DNA of 64,000 nt from the human T2T-CHM13v2.0 reference genome, Homo sapiens. This document shows, one piece after another, positions 1 through 13,100 of this stretch (the first letter of the stretch is position 1; each line of letters starts with the position of its first letter). A program made the position numbers and the translations under genes. The notes under the pieces were generated by a model. It searched no databases. It had not been told where the DNA came from and was given only the letters and a program-made list of their open reading frames with translations. Where the stretch lies: assembly GCF_009914755.1 (NCBI RefSeq), contig NC_060928.1. One strand, given 5' to 3'.

Positions 1-417
1 ATCCTTATAGCAGCACCCCACCTCTAGTACCAACTTACTGTATTAGTCTGTTCTCATGCTGTTATAAAAAACTGCCCAAGACTGTGTAATTTATAAAGGA
101 AAGAGGTTTTATTGATCTACAGTTTTGCATGGCTGGGAAGGTCTCAGGATACTTACAATCATGACCAAAGGGGAAACAAACACATCTTTCTTACATAGTG
201 GCAGGAAGGAGAAGAATGAGAGCTGAGTGAAGGGGGAAGCTCCTTTATAAAACTATCAGATTATGTGAGAATTTACTCACTATCATGAGAATAGCACAGG
301 GGAAACCACCGCAATGATTCAAGTACCTCCCACTGGGTTCCTCCCATGACATGTGGGGATTATTGGAACTACAATTCAAGATGAGATTTGAGTGGGAACA
401 CAGCCAAACCATATCAG
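1..417 (-). mobile_element. THE1-type MaLR LTR (39-417) plus start of internal sequence (1-38)
   Basis: tgtattagtc...gccaaaccatatca termini typical of THE1; adjacent ttatagcagcaccccac...gtaccaa matches the THE1-int boundary. Confidence 0.85.
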
Positions 418-1473
418 TCATTCCACATATTGAGTGATTTCTCTCTTCTATTCAGTATTCTTCCACAGAGAGGGACCCATAGTCATTACCTTCAAGGAAC
501 CTAAATCCTGGTGTTTTTATGGTTACGGGTGGCATATAATATACAGGTAAGCCAATGTTACAGGATGTTGTGAAACTATTCCTATTCTTCCATAAGTAGC
601 CACTAGGACCACGGCTGAAACCAAGAGGCACTGATTACCACCTCACTCTAAAGAGAATTACTGAGTTTGTGTTCACTGCTGGGGCCAGATCTCTTTGCAG
701 GGCTATGTTAGGCTTTACACAATGTGACCCTCTAGTCTGTACAAGGAGAGGAATGCAGAGGGAAAGCGATTCACTGGAGTCTCTCGTCAGTGACCTGGTG
801 GTGAATATATGGTAATGGGTAAATCCCACTTCACCTAATGAAGAAAAGGAGAAGGATGCACTTCATTCTTAGAATCTAAGCAGGAACAGGAAAGGGAAAA
901 TCTAGGAGAAAAGCTTACAAAGACTGTAAATGCCTTCAAGAAGGTGAGAGAAACTAATATTTGGTTTACTGTCAGCAGTCTGTTCGGGCGGCATTTTGCC
1001 AATATAGCCCTATCCTAAGGGAAAGGGAATTGTGGTTGGACAACCGAGTTCTGAGAAAGGCAGTGATTGAGCAGCTGAATTCCATCCATTTGGTGGGTAA
1101 GGACCCCAGAGTATTCAAAGTATCAAATGGAATGTGACTGAAGAGTTATCTTGCTGATCTTACCCAGGAGGACTGTCCCCTAGGCAAGGGGACACCAAAC
1201 ACAATGAGGCATGGGATAAGGATTTCGTGATGAGAATCGGGCAGAACTGGAGTTTAATCCTCATGTCATGGTAAGGCCCTCTGAAATTCTCTCTACGCCT
1301 TTGAGAGACTCAGCATTTAGTTTCTGACTCCTAGAGTCCCTTAGTAGCCAGTCAACGTAAGCCAAGTTAGTAGCTACAGCCGTCAGGCACACAATTACAC
1401 CATGAACAGTGAAGTAAAAAAATGTCCTTTCTTTGCTTTCTTCCTCTAATCTCAATCCCAGAGGCATGAAAAC
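90..1473 (-). other. GYPE: Candidate GYPE distal alternative terminal exon
   Basis: Strong acceptor CTACTTTCTTTTTTCTAG|GTTTTC at 1474/1473; AATAAA at 113-108 inside a sense-oriented THE1 LTR. Use as an exon is inferred. Confidence 0.55.
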
Positions 1474-1824
1474 CTAGAAAAAAGAAAGTAGCTGTATAGC
1501 TTTCATTTACATATAAGATTGATGTTTTGAAATTTTAATAACAAAAACAACCAGAAAGTTGCCTATCTCCCCAAGATGTTTCTAGGGAATAGGAATAAGA
1601 AATAGGAAAAGTATATTCCATGCAGTATAAGCAAATTTAAAAAATTAATTTTTTTTACCCTACTGAATTGAGACTTGCCAATAACCAGTTATACAAATAA
1701 AGAGGCTAGTCCTGGGAGCTGAGTGCTATGAAAAAAATACAGGTAGAAAATGAAAGAGAAATTAATGGGAAGGAGGGAAGAAGACTACAAGCTGCTTTGC
1801 GTTGGGTAGGCAGGGAAGACCTAT

Positions 1825-2330
1825 TTCATTCAATGAAATTTTACTGAGTTTTCCTGTGTTCTAGCCATTATTCTGCGCTCTGAGGATACATCGTAAACAA
1901 AGCAGATAAAAAATACAGTCATCAGAATTTTCCTTGAAGGTGTGAGACAGGAATAATATGGAGGCAGTCAAGCAAAGATATGAAGCAAAAAAAGGAGAAA
2001 AAATTAGAACAAAGTTCCTAAGAAAGAGCAAGCTTAGTAAGTTGGAGTTTTGGGGAAAAGTTCAGTGGTTGCAACCAAATGACAGGAGAGAGTGGGAGAG
2101 GGTTGGGGGGGCAGGCCAGGTGAGCTGAGCATGTGGACAGGTCAGAACTTCAGAGAGCATGCTAACAAGTGGTGATTTTATTCTGGTGCAGTGAAAAACC
2201 TACTGGAGATTTTAAGTAGGAGAAATACATGATCTAATTGATAGTTTGAAAAAATTGCTCTGTGAAGGAGGGAATATAAAAAACAAGAGTAGAGACAGGG
2301 AGACAAGCTGTGGGGCTGTTACTATATTCC
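1825..2330 (-). mobile_element. L2 LINE fragment
   Basis: cattcaatgaaattttactgag... resembles the reverse-complement L2 3' end, followed by degenerate L2 body. Confidence 0.55.
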
Positions 2331-4534
2331 ATGCCATCTCATCCATTCTTTTTAGTAAGAATAAATTCTGCTGGTCACCTTTTAGTGATTTCTTTTTAAA
2401 ATTTCAAAATATTCAGAGATGGGGATACTTTAATCTGAGGACATTAAAATATACAGCATTTTTATGCTTTGCTAGGCCTAGAAAAAGTTTAATAGACTTA
2501 GGTAAGACTTACATTAAACTGATTACTTTTGATTTAAAGGTAATAGCGTTCAGCTGAGAATGGAAATAATTTTCACCTGGTTGGCAATATTTGCAATCAC
2601 TTCTGAACCTTCAGTTTTATCCAGTTGAATAATAAAGGTCTAAAATTTCCTTTATTTGCTTTTGTCAGAGCAAATTATGTTACCAATAACACAACCTACA
2701 AGAGAGAAGAGCCATGAGAAGGGTCAAGAACAATCTATGAGTAACTTAAGTGGAGGCTGATATAACATATTCTCTAATATATGATGCTCTGATAGCATTT
2801 GACAAGACCATCTGGAAGAGACCCAGATAGAGACAACAATTCTAGTTAATATGCTCCATTGAGTGATGTTCATCAGCTGATTATGTGAACTCAGGCTGAA
2901 CTCTAGTCATAAAATTTGGAAAGAAGGCAGTTTGAGAAATGGTATATTCTTCACTGTGAAATGATTGACCTGAGCATGAAATCAATTCTAAAAATAACTA
3001 AGGGGCAGATAAGTTCATGACCAAGCTTATAAAAATGAGAACCACTCAAAAGATCTCCAGTTTTATTCCTAAACCTATCTGTGCTGAAGAACTTTTTGGA
3101 TGCTTCCCACAGGACTGAAATTCCTGCCTCTAATTTGGACAATGACAGTTCTCTGTAATCCACAATTGAATGGTCACTGGAACATGTTAGACATGCAACA
3201 TAGTCAAAGAATGCATAGATTAGGGTAACTATGTCAATTATAAGTAAAACCCCATGTAGACTAATGTAACTCTGTTAGGGAGATGTGTACTAGCAACTGT
3301 CTTGTTGCTATATGTATATATGTATATATATGTATATATGTATTTAGTTTTGAAAAAGTTAATGGCTTTTGTTATTGTCTCTTTAAAAATGTAATATAGT
3401 TTTGTTACAGAAAATTAAGAAGCTAGAAAAAAAGTGTAAAGAAAAAGACAAAAATTAGCTATAATCCCACCAAGTGAAATTAAGCTCTATACATATCCTG
3501 GCATCTCCCCCATCCCACAGCCCCCTCACCCACAGAAAGAACTTTTAATGTAGAACTGTCTGCAATCTTTTAAACATGCAACAAACACCATTCCTTGTCA
3601 TCAGACCTACCAGATTTTATCATGGTGTGACTGTAATGTCTGAGGTTTCTGAAATAGTTTAGAATTTATACATTCAAAGCAGTCACCTTGACAGGTAATA
3701 ACATTCATTTATTCAAATGCAGATGCGGAACATAGCAGATTTGTGACAATCTCTTACTGCTCACTTAGGGGAGGCATACAGCATATGGCCAAGGCCTGCT
3801 CTACGTCCTGTTTTTAGGATGGGAGAAAAGAGACCTCAGACACTCCTCCTTCTGACTCCAAGGATAAGGCAGTCAGAATGTATCTGGTGTGTACTCGAAG
3901 AGGAAACGTGCTGCACATTGGGACCCCAGGTCCTTTAGTTCAACCTGTCCTTTCTGAGGTGTGGGCATCCTGGAGTCCCTCAGAGATTTCTGACCCAGCC
4001 ATCTCAGTAAGATCTGCTGTGTCCTGGAGGTGATGAGTGCTCTCCAGAGTTCATTTGAAAGTCAGGCCCTTCTCTATGTGCTCCTACCCCTGTGCCTGTC
4101 ATTCTCTTTACTGTTGAGGAGGGACCTTAACTCCTGGCAGGTGAACTATAATTAAGATCAATGGATGCTAAAGTAAGCCTATCAAGAATCTGGTTTTTGA
4201 CAAAGATTTGAATAGAACTTGGTCCTTGCCCTCAAGGATCTCACAGTATGATAAACTTGTCTTTGCTTTTTAAATTACAGTGCCATTTCAGCAGTCAGGC
4301 ACCTTGGGTACTTGACTGAATCTTGTTCTTTTCCAACATATTTCACATGAGACTTCATGTTATCCTGGACAGCCACCTAATGAGAGTCCAGGCTGAAGTC
4401 TTCATTCCCCTTCTGCATGTGCTCTGCTGTTGGCTTTGTTCAGACCCTTCTTTCTTCTCATCTATCCTACTGTAATGGGCTTTACATTTTAAACATAGCT
4501 TGAAATAACAAATCATGACTATACTACATGCAAA

Positions 4535-4729
4535 TAATTTGTATTTTGTTTTATTTTTATTGAGAAGTAGAGAATACAGTAATAGGCAGGAGAACAGGGA
4601 GTTAGGATAGCCAAGGGTTGGGGCATAAGCAAAGGAATAGCAGGTGCAGCCAGTTTGCATAAGCAAGAGAACAGCAGGTGCAGCTGGTTCTAGGCAAGAT
4701 CAGGCAGCATGCAGGCCACATCCTCATGC
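4535..4729 (-). other. GYPE: GYPE proximal terminal (3' UTR) exon, homologous to the GYPB last exon
   Basis: Acceptor CTTTTTATCACAG|GCATGAGG (GCA TGA is the GYPB Ala-stop as I recall it); tandem AATAAA signals at 4561-4556 and 4555-4550. 3' end approximate. Confidence 0.85.
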
Positions 4730-4907
4730 CTGTGATAAAAAGACAGAAGTTTCCACTTCAGCCTCTGCTTGACCATGAGCTACGCCTCCACTTCAGCCTC
4801 TGATTGGTCACAGGCCAATCCTTCATAGGGTGTAGCCAATTGGAGGCTTCTAAAGGGTACCTAGGGGTGTTGCCAAGTTCTTTTGGCTTTATAAAAACCC
4901 TAATTGG
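4561..4907 (+). mobile_element. Truncated ERV-type LTR (U3 part; family not determined)
   Basis: Begins TG; internal 34-bp tandem (gcataagcaa..gcaggtgcagc) and duplicated ccacttcagcctctg; three CCAAT boxes at 4802-4843; TATAAAA at 4890-4896; cut off by an Alu at 4908. Confidence 0.6.
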
Positions 4908-5216
<309 letters not shown>

Positions 5217-5315
5217 CATTAATGATTCAAAAAAAATCACTGATGTTAAGAATTCATGGGTGGAAATTTGAAAAATCTGTTGCAAAATATGTGAGAATTA
5301 AGAAAGGCAAAAGGT

Positions 5316-5600
5316 TTATTTTGTTTATTTTTATTTATTTATTTATATATTTATTGAGACAGGGTCTCTGTTGCCCAAGCTGGAGTGCAGTAGCATGATC
5401 ACAGTTCACTGCAGCCTTTATTTCCCAGGCTGAAGCAATCCTCCCACTTCAGCCCCCTGAGTGGCTGATACTACACGTGTGCACCACCACGCCTTTCTAA
5501 TTTTCATATTTTTTGTATAGACTAGGTTTCACCTTTTTGCTCAGGCTGGTCTCAAACTCCTGAGCTCAAACAATCCTCCTGCCTTGGCCTCCCCCAAAGT
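5316..5600 (-). mobile_element. AluJ-like, 5'-truncated
   Basis: (TTTA)n tail, gagacagggtctc...tcactgcagcc, AluJ-type motifs. Confidence 0.9.
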
Positions 5601-5974
5601 TTTAAACATATGTAAATATATTATTTTAAACATTTTATTCACTAATAGGGTAAATACTATAAGTAGCATCTTAATATTTCCTCAATATCCATCAAAATAT
5701 GTGAAAGCAAGTTAGACAAAACTTAGGGAGAGCTTTCATTGGGAAAATGGGGGACAGATTTATATTTAGAGGCTCCCTTTAATTGGGCAAATGCAAAAAA
5801 TAAATTATGCTAGAGAAACACAGTGACTTCTATGTGTCCAGTTGAAAAAGATGGAATTTTATGCAGTTCTGTTTCTCTTTTGAGTTTAACTGAACTCAGA
5901 GGAATAAACCCTCCGAGAGCTGTTCACACTGGTATTTAGAGCAAAATTAAAAACTGAATTCTCACCTTTATCAG

Positions 5975-6223
<249 letters not shown>

Positions 6224-7340
6224 TTAAAACTGTGTGCTTTACAGTAACCTTGTGGGAAACTGGGACTGTGGGTGATCAAGTCTTTTGTCCAAGGTCGCAC
6301 AAATAGTTGATGACAGAACTAAGACCTGAGGCTTCTGATTCCAGACCCAGCGTTCTTCACTAGTGTAACTGTAGATAAGAACTCAGTGGACGTTCTCCTC
6401 AGATATGGGGAAAAAACCACAAATTCTCCCATAGTTTGGAAATTATGAGAGAAAACAATGTCTTAACATATAAAAGAGCATTGAACAGATCATAGAATCA
6501 TAATTTTGGAAAGAAACTGGTATAAACAGTTTACAAATGAAGAAAAGAAGCTGAATAAGGTTAACTTAGCCTTGGTCAGACAACTAGTTAAAAGTAGAAT
6601 TATAACTATAATGCAGGTCATCTATATTCTAAGCTTTATTCCTTCCACAGTATTCTTATGCATAGTCCCCAATATAGTCAATAAAAATGCTTGTTAAGTC
6701 ATTTGTATGTTGGGAATGAAACAACTTAAATCAAGTAAGAGATATTTCCATATTTATAGCATATTTGTAGTGCTTCCAGTTGAAGTAAATAGAATGGAAG
6801 GCTAGACATAAAGGTAAAATGGCTCATTTATTTGCCTAATTAATATTTAAAAGTCCTATTATTGATAAAAAGTGAAAGTAGCATTTCCTCTTGCTGGTGT
6901 TGCCCAGCCTTCTTGACCACTTAGCTTGAATGTATGCGATAGTGATGAAGTTCTATGATGTGCTTTTTACCCTGTGAGCCATGGACACGGCCAAGTGTGA
7001 AGGGAGGGTTAGAATGCAGAATAGCAAATGAGCACACACAGTGATACTCAAGTGAGGGGAAGGGATGTCCCTTCAGCAGAGGTTGTCAAGATGGTCCCTA
7101 AGTGGTTGCATTGGGCCAAAAATGAATCAAGGCTGAGATTTACCCTTGAAATACAGTACCAGTTAATTAGATGATTTTAAATGCCTTGCTTTTTACATGA
7201 GGGCAGAGGGAACTTCACTTGTTTTATAAGCTCTTATGAGGCTTCTTTCAAGTACTCAGGGTTGGTTAGAAAGGTAAAACATCTAACTTAAGAGAAAAAC
7301 TATTACCAAATTATGTATTTCTATTTCCAAAATGTTTTTA

Positions 7341-7655
7341 TTTATTTTTATTTACTTATGTATTTGTTTTTGAGACATGGTCTTACCAAGGCTAGAGTAC
7401 AGTGGCACAGTCATAGCTCACTGCAGCCTCAAACTCCCAGGCTCAGGCAATCGATCCGATCCTCCCACCTCAGCCAGCCTCCCAAGTAGCTGAGACTATA
7501 GGTGCATGCCCCATCCCAGTTAATTTTTGTATTTTTTGTAGAGATAGATTTTGCCATATTGCCCAGGCTGTTCTCATATTCCTGGGCTCAAGCGATTAGC
7601 CAGGCTTGGCCTCTGAAAATTCTGGGATTATAGGCATGAGCCACTGCCCCTGGCC
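7341..7655 (-). mobile_element. AluJ-like
   Basis: Alu body; TSD ccaaaatgttttta at 7327-7340 and 7657-7670. Confidence 0.92.
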
Positions 7656-7858
7656 CCCAAAATGTTTTTAAAAATAAGAAATGCCTATTTTAATTTTAAA
7701 AAGAGAATATTTTCTTTGCCTTTACAATTTTGTGTGAATAAAGTTAACAACATATGCTCTTCTGTTTTAAGATTGACACATTTTCTTAGGCATTTGAAAC
7801 AAGCAATGGGATAGTTTAAAATGGAATGATTTTGATTCTTTGTCAAATATTAACATAT

Positions 7859-7897
7859 CTGCTTCAGGGAAACGATGGACAAGTTGTCCCCTTTCTC
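7859..7897 (-). pseudogene. GYPE: GYPE pseudoexon homologous to GYPA/GYPB exon 4
   Basis: Acceptor TTTCGCTTTATAG|; 39 nt, GERGQLVHRFPEA; donor reads ATATGT instead of GTATGT. Confidence 0.92.
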
Positions 7898-8829
7898 CTA
7901 TAAAGCGAAATTTCAATGTAAGTCCAAATAAGTAAGACGTGCAAAGAAAAAAATCATTTTGGAATCGAACTGTTCTGTGGGTTTCCTTTTCTTAATCATA
8001 TTTTGAGAGTTGTTGGTCAACTTTCAACATCTAGCTAGTAAAATTTATGAGGGAATGTGTCAGTCCTACCATTAGTAATTTCAGTATCTACTTTTAATGA
8101 CCCAACAAGTATTCATGGATGACAAATAAGCAAATTGTCTTATAACTGAGGGGAAAGGAATGAGAAAGTATTGGAAGAATCACTTATTGACTTCCACAAG
8201 AAGCAATGCATTTTTAAAAAATATAAAAATAATGAGAAGAAAGGAGGCATATGGAGCCATTACTCCACACAGATGCCAGTCCCATGCAAAGAGGGATCAT
8301 GCGGCCATCAATTTTCCAGATGTATGCCACAGCCACTGTCTGAATCTAAACTGTTACTGTGTCTCATTTGAGCTTTTGCCAATAGTCTCTCTGGATTCTA
8401 TGTCAGCAGCAATTGATAGTATGGTTGCCTTACTGTTCCACCTGTGCTAACCTTCCCTCTCAGTCCACATCTTACTTATGTCTCTGTCTCCACTTGCCAT
8501 TTTACATCATGAAGCTCTCTTACTACCAAAGCCACACAATTTTCTAGAGTTTAATTATTACAAATTACTTAGTATATACTACGTTGTTTGATGATTGAGG
8601 ATTCAGGTATATTTTTTCATTCTTTAGGCTTTACGTACAAAGGTTAATTGGGGCTTTCCTTCTCTTTCTTGGTTACAGTTAATGGTTGTGGGTGGTATAT
8701 GGGCTTTGGAGTAAAACAGATGGGTTTTCTGTCACAAAAGCTTGAGAACTGTCATGAGTTACAGCTCGTGTAAACAGAGTTCAATCACAACAATGACTCC
8801 AGAGCAACTATTTAAAACTAAGAACATAT

Positions 8830-8922
8830 CATTTTCCTCTTCTGGAGGGTAAACAGTTGTAACAGAATTTTCTGAAACTTCATTAACACTATGAGCTGGA
8901 TATGTGTCCCGTTTGTGCTTAT
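8830..8922 (-). pseudogene. GYPE: GYPE pseudoexon homologous to GYPA exon 3
   Basis: Intact acceptor TTATATGCAG|; 93-nt open frame DKHKRDTYPAHSVNEVSENSVTTVYPPEEEN; donor reads ATATGT instead of GTATGT. Confidence 0.92.
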
Positions 8923-9427
8923 CTGCATATAAGAGAAGTTGAGAAAGGGAACAAGAATGAGGTGACTGCGTGGACATAAAGTGTATCATGAAAGACAAAT
9001 CTCCCACATCCCTCCCAGCAGCAGCTCCAGAATTTCTTCTTCTCCCCTGAAAACTAACAAGAGAGACTGCCACCAGATTACTCTTATCTCAGCACCCAGC
9101 TTTGCTTATTGTTTATCAGTCACTGAGAATGTGTGAGGCTCTGAGCTAATAACTTTTAGACACTTCTTCTTATTTAGCCTTTAGAGAAATGCTGTGAGAT
9201 AAGTACTGTGTTATTGGCCCCATTTTAAAATTAATGGGATAGAAACCCTGCAGGGCAACTCACCCTGGGTCAGCAGCTGGCATAGAGCTGAGCCCGGGTC
9301 TGAGCTGAACTCATTTTGCCCACAGACCCTCCGCACCACCGCACTATTAGGTCCCCTTTATCTGGCCCACTATTTCATGGTCACGTGCATCATTTCTGTG
9401 CTTTGCCACATTGTTTTAATTTCTTTA

Positions 9428-9757
<330 letters not shown>

Positions 9758-10324
9758 TTAAGAACGAGGTGACTGAGCGGACCATAAAGCATATCACAAA
9801 AGACAAATTCCCTCACATCCCTCCAGTCCCTGAGCTAAGCGCTTTAGTATATATCTTACATAATCTTTAGAGAATTGCTGTGTGGTAAGTATTGTATTAT
9901 TGGCCTTATTTTAAAATTAAGGGGCCAGAAGCCCCTCCAGAATTTCTGCATGGCAGAGGTTTACAGATAAAGTGTGCCTTGGTTTTCTCATCTGTACAAT
10001 AATAATACTTGCCTCAAAATGTCATTGTGAGAATGAAATTAGTTTAAATATGTGTATGTGGTGTGTGTGTATGTGATGTGCATGTGTTAGTATAGTACTT
10101 GGCACATAAAGAGCATTACATGTATGTTGGGTATTATTGTTATTATGCTTATAAAGGGGTAACTTGAAGTTGCATTTTGGAAACTGTCTATGCTAAGAAA
10201 GGTGGAAGCGCATAATAATTATATAGAACAAAACTTCTGTCCCATATCTCAGTGTCTCCATCTGCTAGGGACAATCTTACTTCTTCAATAAAAATGGAAA
10301 CAATAATAAAACACTATTACATTG

Positions 10325-10424
10325 CATGAACCCAGGAGGCAGAGCTTGCAGTGAGCTGAGATCACACCACTGCACACTCCAGCCTGGGTGACAGAACGAG
10401 ACTCCGTCTCAAAAAAAAAAAAAA
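10325..10424 (+). mobile_element. 5'-truncated Alu (3' end of right arm, AluY-like)
   Basis: gaacccaggaggcagagcttgcagtgagc...gagactccgtctc followed by A14. Confidence 0.9.
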
Positions 10425-12203
10425 CCACGCACGCAAACATGAAATCAGAATGTAGACTCATATATATCCTTTTAAAATCTCATTAAATAAATTGTGAATT
10501 ATTTCTGTAATTAAACACTTTTTATTCTTAAATGCAATACATTTCAAATTTATAAGTTATTTTATAAAATTTTATAAATTAAATTCTTTAAATTGCAAAA
10601 GTAATATAGATTCAATAAAGAAAATTTGGGAACTACAAGAAAGCACAAAGAATAATATAAAATTCATCTACAGTCAGCCTATGCAAGGTTGAACATTTGA
10701 CACATTTTGATATATAGCCATCTGAACTTTTAGTTGTTATATCTAAATATGGGATCATGGTGTTTAAATATATATGAATATGTATATAATGTTTACAAGT
10801 CTGACTTTCTACTTAATATGCCACAGATATCCCTATGCTGTCAAATATTCTTCTATGAGAAGATTTTTATGACTGCAAAGTATTCCATTATATGAATGTT
10901 CTGTGGTTTATTTTTCAATCTTCTATTCTGTGCATTCATGTGTTTTTCACTCTTCTGAGAGTTATAAATCATTATGATAAACGTCAGTACCCTGAACTCT
11001 GTAGATGTACCTTTGCTCATCTCTTTGAGATATTCAAATGAGGGGAATGGCACCCAAGTGCAATGGAGTGGAGGTGGAAGGGCTTCTCCTCAGAGGCAGC
11101 CAACTTGGCCCCTCAGCTGAATGCTCAAAGTTTCCTGGAGAGCACACAAACAACAGAAAACATCTTCTCTGACACCTCTCATTAGTCTACTCAAGGAAAG
11201 AGTTCTAAAACCTTTCTCTATTTATCAGCTGATAGGTAATCAGTTTACCTCCAAATCATGGAGAAGACATGATCTATTGTTCCTAAACTGTCTATGTTTT
11301 CTCTTCTCTTTTAAGTTCTTTTCTGGCCTTGCTCTTTAACTTGGCCTGCCACCTGATTCCATCATGTGTGTATAAACGATTGCCATATGAATTCACTAAA
11401 TAGCATGCAAAACAATTACTGAATGTTTCTAAGTTGTTCAGCATTCAGGTATAATGGCTTTTAAGATAATATAAAAACCAATGCTTTTAAACAATAACCT
11501 GGTGATAGGGATTTTGAAGTTCAACAAATATTAAAATTACAGAAAGAAACATCTTTATGAGTCAATTAAAGTATGTAAAAATTATTTACAAAGATAACTA
11601 ATGAACAAAAATAATCCATCTCTCTTAATAAATGTTAGATATGAGCTTCGGCTTATTTGTAGATAATGGAATATGGACCATCTATTGTATTTTTGAAAAG
11701 GCATACAACCTGAGTAAAATAGGTTTAGCTATGAAAGTGTTATGAAAATAGCTAATAAAATAACAAGCCAAAAAAAATCAAAAGTGTTAATGGCCAGAAG
11801 CCTTAAATGGGCATGTAACAATAAACTTGAGATCAGCCTTTGGCTCAGCTACATGGGAATACAACTGGAAAAGGCAGCTGGAGCTCTCATCCTTCACTCA
11901 GGTGTGCTTGTCACTTCCATTTCTAACTTTCATCCTCTCCATGCTTCTCCTTTTAATCCTCCACTCCTTCTTTACACCTTTCAGTTCAGTGTAATCCACT
12001 TACATTTAGGGTGCACATTTCTTATCCCTGTGGATACAAAATGGGCTCTTCTGAAACATAAAACTTGTTCCTAAGACTTCCATATCCCATTATTTTGAAT
12101 TTTCTCAGCATGAGAATAGTGCTTTATTCATAAAAGATGTTAAATGAAATGTTAATTGTTATAAATGCTTGGACAAATTCTTATGGAGAAAGAATTAGGT
12201 GAG

Positions 12204-12635
12204 TGGTATGGTTTGGATCTGTGTCATCATCCAAATCTCATGTGGAAATGTAATCCCCAATGTTGGAGGTGGAGCCTGGTGGGAGGTAATTGAATCATGG
12301 GGCTGGTTTCTCATTGCTTAACATCATCCCCCTTGATGCTGTCGTGGACATAGTAATTTCTCATAAGATCTGGTTGTTTAAAAGTGTGTGGCACCTCCCC
12401 ACTCTCTCTTGCTCCTGCTCCAAGGCTCTCTCTCCCGACTCTCTCTCTTGCTCTTGTTCCAGCCATGTAAGACGTGCCTACTTTCCCTTCGTCTTTTGCC
12501 ATGATTGTTTCCTGAGGCCTCCCCAGAAGCAGAAGCACTATGCTTCTTGTATAGCCTGCAGAACCATGAGGCAATTAAACCTCTTTTCTTTATAAATTAC
12601 CCAGTCTCAGTTATTTCTATATAGCAGTGTGAGAA
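12204..12635 (+). mobile_element. MST-type MaLR solo LTR
   Basis: tggtatggtttggatctgtgtc...aattaaacctcttttctttataaattacccagtctcag. Confidence 0.88.
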
Positions 12636-12669
12636 GAAATGGGTTTTCAGATTGCATCTGAATGGGAAC

Positions 12670-13100
12670 ATAATAATTTAAATAATAAATTTAATTTATA
12701 ATTAATAATAACATGTAATTAATTATAAATTAATTTATAATTAATAATAACATGTAATTAATTATAAATTTATAATTAATAATAACATGTAATTAATTAT
12801 AAATTAATTTATAATTAATAATAACATGTAATTAATTATAAATTAATAATTAATAATAACATGTAATTAATTATAAATTTATAATTAATAATAACATGTA
12901 ATTAATTATAAATTTATAATTAATAATAACATGTAATTAATTATAAATTTATAATTAATAATAACATGTAATTAATTATAAATTTATAATTAATAATAAC
13001 ATGTAATTAATTATAAATTAATTTATAATTAATAATAACATGTAATTAATTATAAATTAATTTATAATTAATAAATTTAATTAATAAAATTGTTTAATAA
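12670..13100. repeat. AT-rich minisatellite, 35/39-bp units, about 10 copies
   Basis: ACATGT anchors at 12711, 12750, 12785, 12824, 12859, 12894, 12929, 12964, 12999, 13038. Confidence 0.97.

Noticed and set aside
420-1470. Coding-like composition with 64-aa and 68-aa ORFs
   Set aside because: No recognisable homology; may be UTR or an old retroelement, and cannot be resolved without a search.
12670-13100. Regularly spaced repeats resembling a CRISPR array
   Set aside because: No unique spacers, eukaryotic context, no cas genes; it is a minisatellite.
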